Source of the DNA: Armatimonadota bacterium
GTDB taxonomy: Bacteria; Armatimonadota; SYMT01
NCBI GenBank assembly: GCA_046292385.1
Contig: JBKBRF010000002.1
Coordinates: forward strand, 267,824 to 331,823
Length of the DNA: 64,000 bases
Direction of reading: 5' to 3'
Both the position numbers and the translations under genes were made by a program. Numbering within the stretch: position 1 is the first letter of the stretch; the number at the start of each line of letters is the position of its first letter. Below the pieces are notes generated by a model. The model had not been told where the DNA came from, did no database searches, and saw only the letters and a list, made by a program, of their open reading frames with translations. Below are positions 29,498 through 38,321 of this stretch, piece after piece.

Positions 29498-30703
29498 TTA
29501 CCGCGCCGACGCGCCCTCCGTCCCTGCCGGTGCCGCCGCGCCCACCGGCGGCGGCGCGGCGGTGAGGGAGCGCTTCAGCTCGTCGCTGCGGGTGCCGAGC
29601 CGGAGGCGCCATTCGGAGGCGGTGCGGCCGCCGGCCGGCTTCAGCTCCATGAGCTGGCCGTCGCGGAACGTCTCCGTCAGCTGGTAATCGCGCATGTAGG
29701 CGGCGTAGAGCGCCAGCGGCTCCAGCTCCGCGCGGGCGGCGGGGCTCCGCAGGCGCTCCTGGTCGAGCGCGTGGGCAAGGGTGGCGAGGCAGACCGCGTA
29801 CTGGCCGCGGTACTCCGTGTTCAACACCCCTTCGGCGCCCTGCCAGCCGAGGTAGCCGAAGACCGCCCAGAAGCCGAGCTTCGAGAGCGCCACGTTCTTG
29901 ATCGCGCTCAGCACCAGCCGGCCCTGGTTCTTCCGGACCGCCTGGCTGATGGTGGGCCAGAGGCCGCGGCGGACCTCCTCGAACTCCGCGCGGGCGAGAT
30001 GATAGCCGTCCCGCATCGCCGGGTCGGTGCCCGGCGCGTCGAGCTTCAGCGCGGCGCCGAGGCGGAGCAGCCGCTGCTCCGCCTCATCGGTGGCGAGCGC
30101 GCGGAGCTGGAGGGAGGCGGCGACCGGCTCCGCGATCAGCTTCACGGCGTCCTCCCCGCCCACACCCGGGATGCCGTCCTGCAGTGCGCGGGTCACCGCC
30201 ACCACGTGGGAGTGACCGGGCATGCCTTTCAGGCGCGCCGTGATTCCGTCGAGCGCGCCGGAGACGCCGGCCGGCAGTCCCAGTCCCGGGATCACCGCCG
30301 GAGGCGCCGGCTCCGCCGCTCCCGGCTTCGCCGGCCCGCCGCCGAGCCACTCGAGCTGCTTCACCAGGGAGTCCCAGGCGTTCGCCCGGGGATGCAGCGT
30401 GGAGCGGGTCGCCAGCTCCAGGAAGGCGTCGCGGTAGAGGTCGCGCCGCCGCTCCCGGCTGTGGAGCGTCAGCGGCCGCCACCCGTAGAGCCGGAACCGG
30501 TTCGCGGGCCGGTGCAGCGCCGCGGGCACCCGCACCGTCACCGCGGCGCCGCGACTGTCTTTGAACGAGACCGCGGGCGCCTCCGCCTCCGGAGACAGCG
30601 CGGCGGGAGCCGCCGGCGACTGCGCCTGGGCCGCCCCCGCGCCAAGCGCCAGCACGGCGCCGGCGAGCCAACTCAGCCGGGTGAAGATCGATGAACGCAG
30701 CAT
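29498..30703 (-). CDS. Exported hypothetical protein, largely helical
   Basis: Signal peptide ending AQA; GC-biased codon usage; fills the gap between flanking genes. Confidence 0.75.
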   Translation of the reverse strand: MLRSSIFTRLSWLAGAVLALGAGAAQAQSPAAPAALSPEAEAPAVSFKDSRGAAVTVRVPAALHRPANRFRLYGWRPLTLHSRERRRDLYRDAFLELATRSTLHPRANAWDSLVKQLEWLGGGPAKPGAAEPAPPAVIPGLGLPAGVSGALDGITARLKGMPGHSHVVAVTRALQDGIPGVGGEDAVKLIAEPVAASLQLRALATDEAEQRLLRLGAALKLDAPGTDPAMRDGYHLARAEFEEVRRGLWPTISQAVRKNQGRLVLSAIKNVALSKLGFWAVFGYLGWQGAEGVLNTEYRGQYAVCLATLAHALDQERLRSPAARAELEPLALYAAYMRDYQLTETFRDGQLMELKPAGGRTASEWRLRLGTRSDELKRSLTAAPPPVGAAAPAGTEGASAR

Positions 30704-30716
30704 AGTTGAGAACCTT

Positions 30717-30911
30717 TAGGGTCTAGGGGATAGGGTCCAGGGTCTAGGGGTCCGGGCCTGCGGATGGGGTGCGGAGTGAACTCCGCGGTTGGCTCCGCCG
30801 GCAGTCAACTGCCGGCGATCTTACGCTGCATACCGGGTGAAAAAGGCGCCGCTCGCACGGCAACTCCCGCTCCCGCAGTACCTACATCCTATCCCCTATA
30901 CCCTAGACCCT
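30717..30911. repeat. Inverted TAGGG heptamer arrays enclosing a double-palindrome REP-like unit
   Basis: Arms at 30717-30750 and 30881-30911; the 30768-30820 unit recurs at 63649-63702. Confidence 0.85.
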
Positions 30912-30914
30912 CTC

Positions 30915-32378
30915 CTATTCGTCGGACACCGCCTGCGGCAGCTTCAGGGCGGGGAGGGCTGCGCGCGCTCCGGCGGTGACGGTCACCTCTACCGGCTTCG
31001 GCTCCTGGGCCGACGGGGTGCCGAGCGGGTCGAGGCGGAAGACCTGTCGGACGCGATAGACTCCCGGGTCCACGTGGAGCAGCCGGCCTTCGCCGCGGGC
31101 GTCGGTCACCACGGAGACCCAGCGCCAGGGGCTCCAGCCAGCGCCGGTTTTGCGGGAGAGCGCCAGGGAGAGCTCTCCTTCCACCGGAGCGCCGCCGCGG
31201 TCGGTCACCTTCGCCACCACGCTGCCTCCCTTCTCCGCGTGGAACGGGTGGTCCGGCGAAAGCACGGGAACCGCGGAGCGGCCGGGCAGCGGAATATCGG
31301 TCACCTGGAACGGAATCCGGCGGTCCGGCTGCTCCTTGAGGAACAGCTCGTAGACCAGCCGCGCGGGCTTCGCCTCCACACCCTCGAAGCGGAAGAGCTG
31401 CTCCCGCTCCACCCGCGCGTCCTGGTCGGTGCTCAGCTTCACCTCGCGCTGCAGCGGGTCGCGGTAGACGCGGCCGTTCGCGTCGACGAGGTAGGGGATC
31501 ACGCGGCGGCTGATGCCCCGGCCCGCCAGGTAGGCGCTGCGCGGCCACGACTGCCGCACCGTCGCGGTGTAGTCTTTCCCCTCGTCGTCCCTCCGCACCA
31601 GCTCCAGCGGCCCGAAGCGCTGCACCGCCATCCGCACGTCCCGCTGCTCCAGCATCCGGCTCCCTTCGGCGACGGCACCGTCGTCCGCGATCGGGAACTC
31701 AAACTTCAGGGGCGTGACCGTGCGGAAGAGCACCAGGCTCCCCTTCATGGAGCGGATCCGCGCGGCGCGGTCGTCCCGCGGGTGCAGCGGAAGCTGGTGC
31801 GTGTACTCGGTGAGCCGCACGCGCGGCCGGGAGGTGGTCCATCCCCCCTCGCCCGGGTCGGCGAGCAGGGAGCGGCGGAAGCTGTCCGAGACCTTCAGGT
31901 CCGCGGCGAGGCCGTGGATCGCCTCCATCCGCTCCTCGTCCGGGGCGGAGAGGCTCACGGCCAGCTCCAGGGTGCCGGAATCGACGGTCGGTCGCGGGGG
32001 AAAGACCTTCAACCGGTAATCGCCCACCGCCACTTCCCGCGCCGGCTGCTTTCCGGGGGGCACGGCAAAGAAGCCGCGGGTCTCGTCGTTGATGAAGTCG
32101 CACCCGTAGAGCTTCGACAGCTCCAGGAGCACGCGGGAGAGCGGCGCGTCCTTCAGGGAGACGTCGCGGCGCAGCGCCTCCGTCTCGTCCTCCACCGCCA
32201 TCCGGAACCGGTAGCCGGTCTGCGGCTCGAGCTGCTCCAGCACCTGCTCCAGCGAGGCCTGCTTCGCCTCCACGGTGATCCCCTGCCCGTAAGCCCCCCG
32301 CGCGAGCGCAAGCGCCGCTGCGAGCAGCAGCGCCGGCAGCACCGCGCGGACGCCAGGCTTCAGCCTCGGGACAGTCAT
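30915..32378 (-). CDS. Exported protein with N-terminal STN-like domain and C-terminal carboxypeptidase-regulatory-like domain
   Basis: ITVEAKQASLEQVLEQLEPQTGYRF...VSLKDAPLSRVL; VTDARGEGRLLHVDPGVYRV. Confidence 0.7.
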   Translation of the reverse strand: MTVPRLKPGVRAVLPALLLAAALALARGAYGQGITVEAKQASLEQVLEQLEPQTGYRFRMAVEDETEALRRDVSLKDAPLSRVLLELSKLYGCDFINDETRGFFAVPPGKQPAREVAVGDYRLKVFPPRPTVDSGTLELAVSLSAPDEERMEAIHGLAADLKVSDSFRRSLLADPGEGGWTTSRPRVRLTEYTHQLPLHPRDDRAARIRSMKGSLVLFRTVTPLKFEFPIADDGAVAEGSRMLEQRDVRMAVQRFGPLELVRRDDEGKDYTATVRQSWPRSAYLAGRGISRRVIPYLVDANGRVYRDPLQREVKLSTDQDARVEREQLFRFEGVEAKPARLVYELFLKEQPDRRIPFQVTDIPLPGRSAVPVLSPDHPFHAEKGGSVVAKVTDRGGAPVEGELSLALSRKTGAGWSPWRWVSVVTDARGEGRLLHVDPGVYRVRQVFRLDPLGTPSAQEPKPVEVTVTAGARAALPALKLPQAVSDE

Positions 32379-32571
32379 CTATCCCATCATACGGAATTCA
32401 CGCCGCACGCGCCGCTCCCGGATCAGGGGCCAGGTTCCAGCAACTCCGAAACGCCCCGCCTGGAATGAGTTGGCGAGGACGCGCCGGAGAGCGAGGGTAG
32501 CCAGCGAGCAGGAGTCAAGAGTAAGAGCAGGGCCGCCGTGCACGGTAGGTTCGGTCTTTAGCCTTTTTCCT

Positions 32572-33654
32572 TTAGCCTTTAGCCTTCAGGAGCGCTCCCG
32601 CACGCTCGTACGCGTCCAGCGTGCCCTGGACCATGGCCGGCACGGTGAAGACCGAGGCCACGCGCTCCCGGGCGGCGCGGCCGAGCCGCTCGCGGAGGGC
32701 GGCATCACCGAGCAGGGTGTCGAGCGCGGCGGCCATGGCGGCGGGGTCGCGGACCGGCACGATCAGGCCGGTCTCGCCGTGCCGCAGGATCTCCGGGACG
32801 CCGCTCAGGCGGGTGCCGATCGCGGGGCGGCCGAGCAGACCCGCCTCCAGCAGCGCGCGAGGAAGCCCCTCTCCCTCGATCGAGGGCAGCGCCACCAGGT
32901 CGAGCGCCGAGTAATAAGGCAGGACGTCCGCCTGGAAGCCGGCGAAGATCAGGCGGTCGATCACGCGGAGCCGCTTTGCCTGGATTCGGAGCGCTTCTTC
33001 CTGGTTCCCCTCCCCCAGGAAGAGGAGCCGCGCGGAGGGGTGCCGGGCCGCAGCCTGCGCGAAGGCGTCGAGCAGCACGGCGTGCCCCTTCTTCGCGCTG
33101 AGGTGAGCGACCACCCCAACGAGGAGTGCGTCCGCCGGGAGGCCGAGCTTCACCCGCGCCTCGTCCCGGGTGCACGGCAGGTAGTACCGGTCCGGGTCGA
33201 TGCCGCTGTAGACGACGTCGATCCGGGAGGCGTCGATCCGCTGGCGGACCAGGTGCTCTTTGACGGCATGCGAGATCGCGATGACGCGGGTGGCCGGCCG
33301 GTACCAGAAGGCGGTGTTCAGCGCCCGGACGTGCGCCACGGAGGGAAGACGGGCCAGCCGCCCCGCGAGTGCCGAGTGGAGCGCCGCGCTGCTCAGGTGG
33401 CCGTGGATCACCCCCGCGCCGATCTCCCGTGCCAGGCCGGCAACCCGGAGCGCGGCCGCCGGGTTCAGCTTCCCGGAGATCCCCAGCGGACGAGCGTCCA
33501 GCCCGGCCTCTCGCATCACCTGGAGCAGCGGGCTGCCCCGTTTGCAGCCCACGACTACCCGGTGACCGGCCCGCTGGAGGTGCTCGCAGAGGCTGGCCGT
33601 CGAGCGCTCGGCGCCGGCGATCTTGGAGGGGGTGATGAGCTGAAGAATCGTCAT
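32572..33654 (-). CDS. Glycosyltransferase family 4
   Basis: IAGAERS, KKGHAVLLDAF, EGLPRALLEA and GETGLIVP. Confidence 0.93.
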   Translation of the reverse strand: MTILQLITPSKIAGAERSTASLCEHLQRAGHRVVVGCKRGSPLLQVMREAGLDARPLGISGKLNPAAALRVAGLAREIGAGVIHGHLSSAALHSALAGRLARLPSVAHVRALNTAFWYRPATRVIAISHAVKEHLVRQRIDASRIDVVYSGIDPDRYYLPCTRDEARVKLGLPADALLVGVVAHLSAKKGHAVLLDAFAQAAARHPSARLLFLGEGNQEEALRIQAKRLRVIDRLIFAGFQADVLPYYSALDLVALPSIEGEGLPRALLEAGLLGRPAIGTRLSGVPEILRHGETGLIVPVRDPAAMAAALDTLLGDAALRERLGRAARERVASVFTVPAMVQGTLDAYERAGALLKAKG

Positions 33655-33740
33655 CCGCGGTTCGGAAGAGAAAGAGAATCATAGCGGAGAGTGCGGCGAG
33701 ACGCCACTGCGTGCACGGGGGTGCGGGTCCCAGAAACGAC

Positions 33741-33768
33741 AAAAGGGACCCGATCTGGTCGGGTCCCC
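33741..33768 (-). terminator. Intrinsic terminator after the 84-aa ORF
   Basis: Minus strand gggacccga-ccaga-tcgggtccc-tttt. Confidence 0.75.
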
Positions 33769-33797
33769 TCCGGAATGCGCGGACTTCAGCCGCCTGC

Positions 33798-34052
33798 CTA
33801 CCGGGTAACGGCGAAGAGGTCGCTCAGCATCTGCACCCGCTGCTCCGGGCAGAGATGCTGCGGCCGGAAGTCGTCGAGGTCCAGCAGCAGCCGGCCGCGC
33901 GCCTCGTAGTCCAGGTGGCGGTCGATCAGCCGGCACACTTCGGAGCCGCGCTTCACCTGTTCTTCCCAGTCCGGCACGACGCGGAGCGGAAGCTCCTCTA
34001 CCTGCTCGTCCGTTCTGCGTCCTGTGTCTACCAGCACCTCGCGATCCAGCAT
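33798..34052 (-). CDS. Small hypothetical protein (84 aa)
   Basis: GGGGG/GGGA-rich RBS, protein-like composition and its own terminator. Confidence 0.65.
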   Translation of the reverse strand: MLDREVLVDTGRRTDEQVEELPLRVVPDWEEQVKRGSEVCRLIDRHLDYEARGRLLLDLDDFRPQHLCPEQRVQMLSDLFAVTR

Positions 34053-34474
34053 CGGTTCCCCCGTTTCCCGTCCCGCTCCCGGGGCGATTATCGATAGGCC
34101 AGGCTCCCAAGGGAGAGTTGGCGTAAGTATTCGGTGTCAGCTACCGGCCATTTGACCGGGTGTGCTTCGATTTACCCTCGGGAGGCGCCTGCAAAACGCC
34201 GACTCGCACGGAAACTTGGCCGGAGCGGAGGCGGCTGACTGATTGACCGAAGGCCCACCCCGCCTTTCCGCCCCAGCTCACGCAGGTGGCAGCTCGCCTG
34301 CTGCCGGGGCAGGCCGATCCGCCGCCCGTCCGCCGGTCGCTCTCTGGAGCTCGACTTCGGACCCACTCATTTGTCAAGAACGCACTCCGCTCCGGAGGCG
34401 CAGTCCTTTTCGGATTGCCGGGGCGGCGGCGAGGGAATGCATGGGGCGAGGCAACGGGAAAGGAGCGCCGACAG

Positions 34475-35044
34475 ATGCGAGTGCTGATCGCCTACCACAG
34501 CGAGGACGGACACACGGAGAAGCTGGCCCAGGCCGTGGGCGAGGGAGCGCGAGAGGTGGGGGACGCGGAGGTGGAGGTCCGCGCGATCGATGCGGTGTCG
34601 GCCGACGACCTTCGCCGGGCCGACGCGATCCTGCTCGGGAGCCCGGTCTACGGCGGCACCGTTTCTCACCAGATGAAGCGGTTCATGGACACCACGATGG
34701 GCGAGGTCTGGATGTCCGGCGAGCTGGCGGGAAAGACCGGAGGCGCCTTCGCCACCTGCGGCGGCGAGCACGGCGGCATCGAGAGCACGCTGGAGACGAT
34801 CCTGCGCGTGATGCTCGGGTGCAGCATGGTGGTGACCGGCCCCTACGTCAAGCAGGAGGAGATCCGCGCCACGGGGGCTGCGTACGGCGCCACCTTCGTC
34901 CCCCGGCCGGGCCACGAGGAGCTGAGCGACGCCGACCGCAAGCTGGCCCGCAGCCTGGGCCGGAGGGTGGCGGAAGTGGCCGGCGCGCTGGCGGGAAGCC
35001 CCGCCGCGGAGCGGCAGGAAGGGCAACTCTCCTACGCCGCGTAG
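34475..35044 (+). CDS. Flavodoxin-like/WrbA family NAD(P)H-dependent oxidoreductase
   Basis: AAGGAG RBS; YHSEDGHTEKLAQAV, LGSPVYGG and GKTGGAFAT. Confidence 0.9.
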   Translation: MRVLIAYHSEDGHTEKLAQAVGEGAREVGDAEVEVRAIDAVSADDLRRADAILLGSPVYGGTVSHQMKRFMDTTMGEVWMSGELAGKTGGAFATCGGEHGGIESTLETILRVMLGCSMVVTGPYVKQEEIRATGAAYGATFVPRPGHEELSDADRKLARSLGRRVAEVAGALAGSPAAERQEGQLSYAA

Positions 35045-35232
35045 GTTCCGGGACTGAGTGGGCGCAAGGGAGAGTGGGGGAGCTTGAGGGATGAGGGATG
35101 AGGGATGAGGGATGAAGCCGGGCCTACCGTGCGCGGAGGGTCCTGCTCCTGCTCTTGCTCTTGCTCTTGCTCGCTGGCGACCCCCGTGCTCCGGCACGGC
35201 TTCGTCGGCCCGGGCCTTTTTGGTACGGGACC

Positions 35233-35317
35233 GCAGGTTAACAGGTTACAGGTTCAGCCACCGGGGCCCGGGTTCGGAACCTGTAACCTGCCAACTTGCA
35301 AACCTGCTAACCTGCTA
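35233..35317. repeat. Inverted CAGGTT-based 7/8-mer arrays around a GC core
   Basis: caggttaacaggttacaggtt...aacctgtaacctgccaacttgcaaacctgctaacctg; related copy at 41414-41502. Confidence 0.8.
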
Positions 35318-35318
35318 G

Positions 35319-36311
35319 CTACCCCCGGCCGGTGACTTCGCGCACCGCCGCCAGCACCTGCGCGTGGATGCTGGGGGGCGCGGCGAGGATGCCGCGGTTC
35401 TTTTCCAGGCGGCGGCCGCGGGAGAAGTCGAGCGGGTTGCCCTCCGCGTCGGTAACGGTGCCGCCCGCTTCCTGGACCACGATGGCGCCGGCGGCGTGGT
35501 CCCAGATCTTCTCCCGGTACTCCGCGCTGGGGGAGAGCCGGAGGTAGATCGAGGCGTCGCCGCGGGCGACCGCCCCGTACTTCGCCTGGCTGTCCATGCG
35601 TAGGGAGGGCGCCGTGATTCCCAGCAGCTCGCGCACCCGCTCCGCGTCCCCGTGCGACGAGTGACCCGACTCGACCGATTCGCACAGCACGGCGGCGGTG
35701 ACGCTCCCCACCTCCGCCACCTCGGCGCGGCGCTGCGCGTCGCCTTCCAGGGCGTAAACCGTCACTCCTTCGCCCCGCACCGCGACGAAAAGACAGCCGC
35801 TGCTCTCCGTGCCGTCCTCACCGCGGAACGGCAGGTTCGGGCAGCCGAGCACGCCCAGCACCACCTGCCCGTCCTGGAGCAGGCCGAGGGCGATGGCGTA
35901 CTGCTCTTTGCGGAGGAACCCCTTGGTGCCGTCGACCGGGTCGAGCACCCAGAAGCGCCCTTCCGCGCCGCCCTCGCTGCTGCCGGAGCCGATCGCCGCC
36001 ACCACCTCCGCCTCGGAGACGCCCGGCAGGAACCGGCTCACGAGACCGAGCAGCCGCTCCCGCAGCGCGGTGTTCTCCTCCGACTGCAGGTCCGCGCAGT
36101 CCTCCTCCGCCACGATCCCGTCGTCCGGGAACGCGGCGCGGAGCCGGCGCAGCACCAGCGCCTGGGCGCCGTAGTCGGCGACCGTCACCGGGGAGCGGTC
36201 GCGCTTGGTCAGGGTGTCCTCTACCTGAAATGTCTCCTGAACGGCGCGGCAGTAGAGGGCCGCCTGCCGGACAGCCTCAATCGCCGCCTGGCGCTCGGCG
36301 TGGTAAGTCAT
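35319..36311 (-). CDS. 3'(2'),5'-bisphosphate nucleotidase, HAL2/SAL1-like (inositol monophosphatase superfamily)
   Basis: SPVTVADYGAQA, WVLDPVDGTKGFLR, MDSQAKY and EKIWDHAAG. Confidence 0.93.
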   Translation of the reverse strand: MTYHAERQAAIEAVRQAALYCRAVQETFQVEDTLTKRDRSPVTVADYGAQALVLRRLRAAFPDDGIVAEEDCADLQSEENTALRERLLGLVSRFLPGVSEAEVVAAIGSGSSEGGAEGRFWVLDPVDGTKGFLRKEQYAIALGLLQDGQVVLGVLGCPNLPFRGEDGTESSGCLFVAVRGEGVTVYALEGDAQRRAEVAEVGSVTAAVLCESVESGHSSHGDAERVRELLGITAPSLRMDSQAKYGAVARGDASIYLRLSPSAEYREKIWDHAAGAIVVQEAGGTVTDAEGNPLDFSRGRRLEKNRGILAAPPSIHAQVLAAVREVTGRG

Positions 36312-36503
36312 CTCGAATCTTCCTGAATCACGAGCCGCCGGCCAATACGGCAGTGCGGGAGCCGGTCCATCTTATCAGAAGCAGTCCGGCCGATTGTCCG
36401 CGCCGCCGCTGGTGACGCCCGCGCCCGGCCGTGCGTATAGGAGGATAGCGGGAGCCTGCCCGGCCCCCGTGCCGTCTTGCAATCCAACGAAGGAGATCAC
36501 GCC

Positions 36504-36923
36504 ATGTCCCGGTTTGCCGCCCTCGCCCTCGCCGCGCTGAGCCTCTTCTCCGCCGCCGGCGCCCTCGCCGCCCCGAAGGCCGACGGCAGCACCTGTGAAG
36601 CAGGCGTCGGCAAGCAGGTCTGCTGCAAGGCCGGCACCGCCCACGGCTGCGACCTCGGCACGAGCTGCTGCGAGGTGGGGAACAAGGGGTTCTTCAAGGC
36701 GAGCACCTGCTCCGCCAGCCAGGCGCACCGCGCCGCCGCCGCCAAGGCATGCGCCGCCCCCGCGGCCGAGAAGGAAGCAGGCTCCCAGGCCGCGCACGCG
36801 GGCCACACCGCCGCGAAGCTGGGAACGAGCTGCTGCGAAGTGGGCAACAAGTCGTTCTTCAAGAGCGCCGGCTGCTGCGCGTCCAAAGGCGCCAAGACGG
36901 CGTCGGCCTGCTGCGCCAAGTAG
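36504..36923 (+). CDS. Exported Cys-rich protein (139 aa, 14 Cys) with internal duplication
   Basis: AAGGAG RBS and signal peptide; LGTSCCEVGNK(G/S)FFK occurs twice. Confidence 0.8.
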   Translation: MSRFAALALAALSLFSAAGALAAPKADGSTCEAGVGKQVCCKAGTAHGCDLGTSCCEVGNKGFFKASTCSASQAHRAAAAKACAAPAAEKEAGSQAAHAGHTAAKLGTSCCEVGNKSFFKSAGCCASKGAKTASACCAK

Positions 36924-37142
36924 AGGCCGGAGTGAAGAGGCCGGAGTGCGGGGTCTTCCTGGAACGGAAACCCCGCGCTCCGGCCACCTCCGCCCGCACC
37001 AGATCGCGGCTGGGGTAACGGGGGTGGGAAGGCGTTGGCTGCCGCGTCTTGACGACAGCAGCACGCCGTGGGGCCTTGCGGGAGCGTTGAGATTGCCCTC
37101 CGGGCGGCATCTTGCCCGCTATCCTGCGATAGTACGTCCGGT

Positions 37143-38321
37143 ATGAAGCGGTTCGTGTGGTATCGACCCCTGCTCACCCGGCGCGCGCTCCTGTTCTCCC
37201 TGCCGCTGCTGCTCGGCGCGTCGGCCGCCCCGGCGGCGAGCCCCCTGACCCTGGCGGGGGTCAACGAAGCGGCTCCGGACCCGAAAGCGGCGGCTCGCAA
37301 GGGGCCGGACCCGGTCATCGTGCGGCTGCAGGTGCTGCTCGACCGCGCTCACCTCTCCCCCGGCACCATCGACGGGGTCGCCGGCAGCAACGTGGCGAAG
37401 GCGCTCCGCTGCTTCCAGGAGCTGCGCGGCCTGAAGCCGACCGGCTCCCTCGATCCCCAGACCTGGAAAGCGCTGACGGAGGCCGATCCGGAGCCGGCGC
37501 TGGTGGAGTATGCGCTGACGAAGCCGGACGTGGAAGGACCGTTCACGCCGGAGATCCCCGCACGGTTCGAGGACCGCGCGAAGCTGGAGCGCTCCGGCTA
37601 CACCTCCCCGCTGGAGCTGCTCGGCGAGAAGTTCCACATGGAGCCGCGCCTGCTGCAGGCGCTGAACCCGGGCGCCCGGTTCGACCGGGCCGGCGAGAAG
37701 CTGGTGGTCGCCGACGTGCGGCGGCATCGTCCGCGCGGCCGGGCGGCGGCGCTGGTGGTCGACAAGGAAGCGCGGACCCTGAAGGCGCTGGCGGCGGACG
37801 GCAGCCTGCTGGCGTTCTACCCGGTCAGCATCGGCGCCACGGTCTCCCCGGCGCCGGACGGCGAGTACCGGGTGCGCGCCGTGGCGGAGAACCCGGTCTA
37901 CTACTACAGCCCCGAGCTTGCCTTCGAGGGAGTGGAGACCAAGAAGCCGTTCCAGATCGCGCCGGGTCCCAACAACCCCGTCGGCAGCGTCTGGATCGCG
38001 CTCACGAAGGACCACTACGGCATCCACGGGACTCCGGATCCGTCCCGGATCAGCAAGACCTACTCCCACGGCTGCATCCGGATGACGAACTGGGACGCGG
38101 AAGAGCTGGCGCGGCTGGTCCGCGCCGGCATCGCGGTGAGGTTCGACGCGCCCGGCGCCCCGAAGAGCGCCGCCACCCGGCCCGCGAAGCCGGCCCCGAA
38201 GAGCACCCCCGTGGAGGCGAAGGCAGAGCCCGCGAAGAGCGACCCGGTGCCCGCCGCCGAGGGAGAGCTGATCCTGCGCCCGGTCGGCCCGGAGCCGACG
38301 CAGCCTCAGCGCCGGCCGTAG
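37143..38321 (+). CDS. L,D-transpeptidase (YkuD) with peptidoglycan-binding domain
   Basis: RLQVLLDR...FQELRGLKPTGSLD; IHGTP...SHGCIRM. Confidence 0.93.
   Translation: MKRFVWYRPLLTRRALLFSLPLLLGASAAPAASPLTLAGVNEAAPDPKAAARKGPDPVIVRLQVLLDRAHLSPGTIDGVAGSNVAKALRCFQELRGLKPTGSLDPQTWKALTEADPEPALVEYALTKPDVEGPFTPEIPARFEDRAKLERSGYTSPLELLGEKFHMEPRLLQALNPGARFDRAGEKLVVADVRRHRPRGRAAALVVDKEARTLKALAADGSLLAFYPVSIGATVSPAPDGEYRVRAVAENPVYYYSPELAFEGVETKKPFQIAPGPNNPVGSVWIALTKDHYGIHGTPDPSRISKTYSHGCIRMTNWDAEELARLVRAGIAVRFDAPGAPKSAATRPAKPAPKSTPVEAKAEPAKSDPVPAAEGELILRPVGPEPTQPQRRP

Noticed and set aside
34060..34470. Known riboswitch or 6S RNA in the long intergenic region
   Set aside because: No consensus I can recognise; needs an Infernal/Rfam scan.
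35319..36311. Eukaryote-like HAL2/SAL1 nucleotidase as recent horizontal transfer
   Set aside because: Bacterial members of this subfamily are known and codon usage matches the neighbours.
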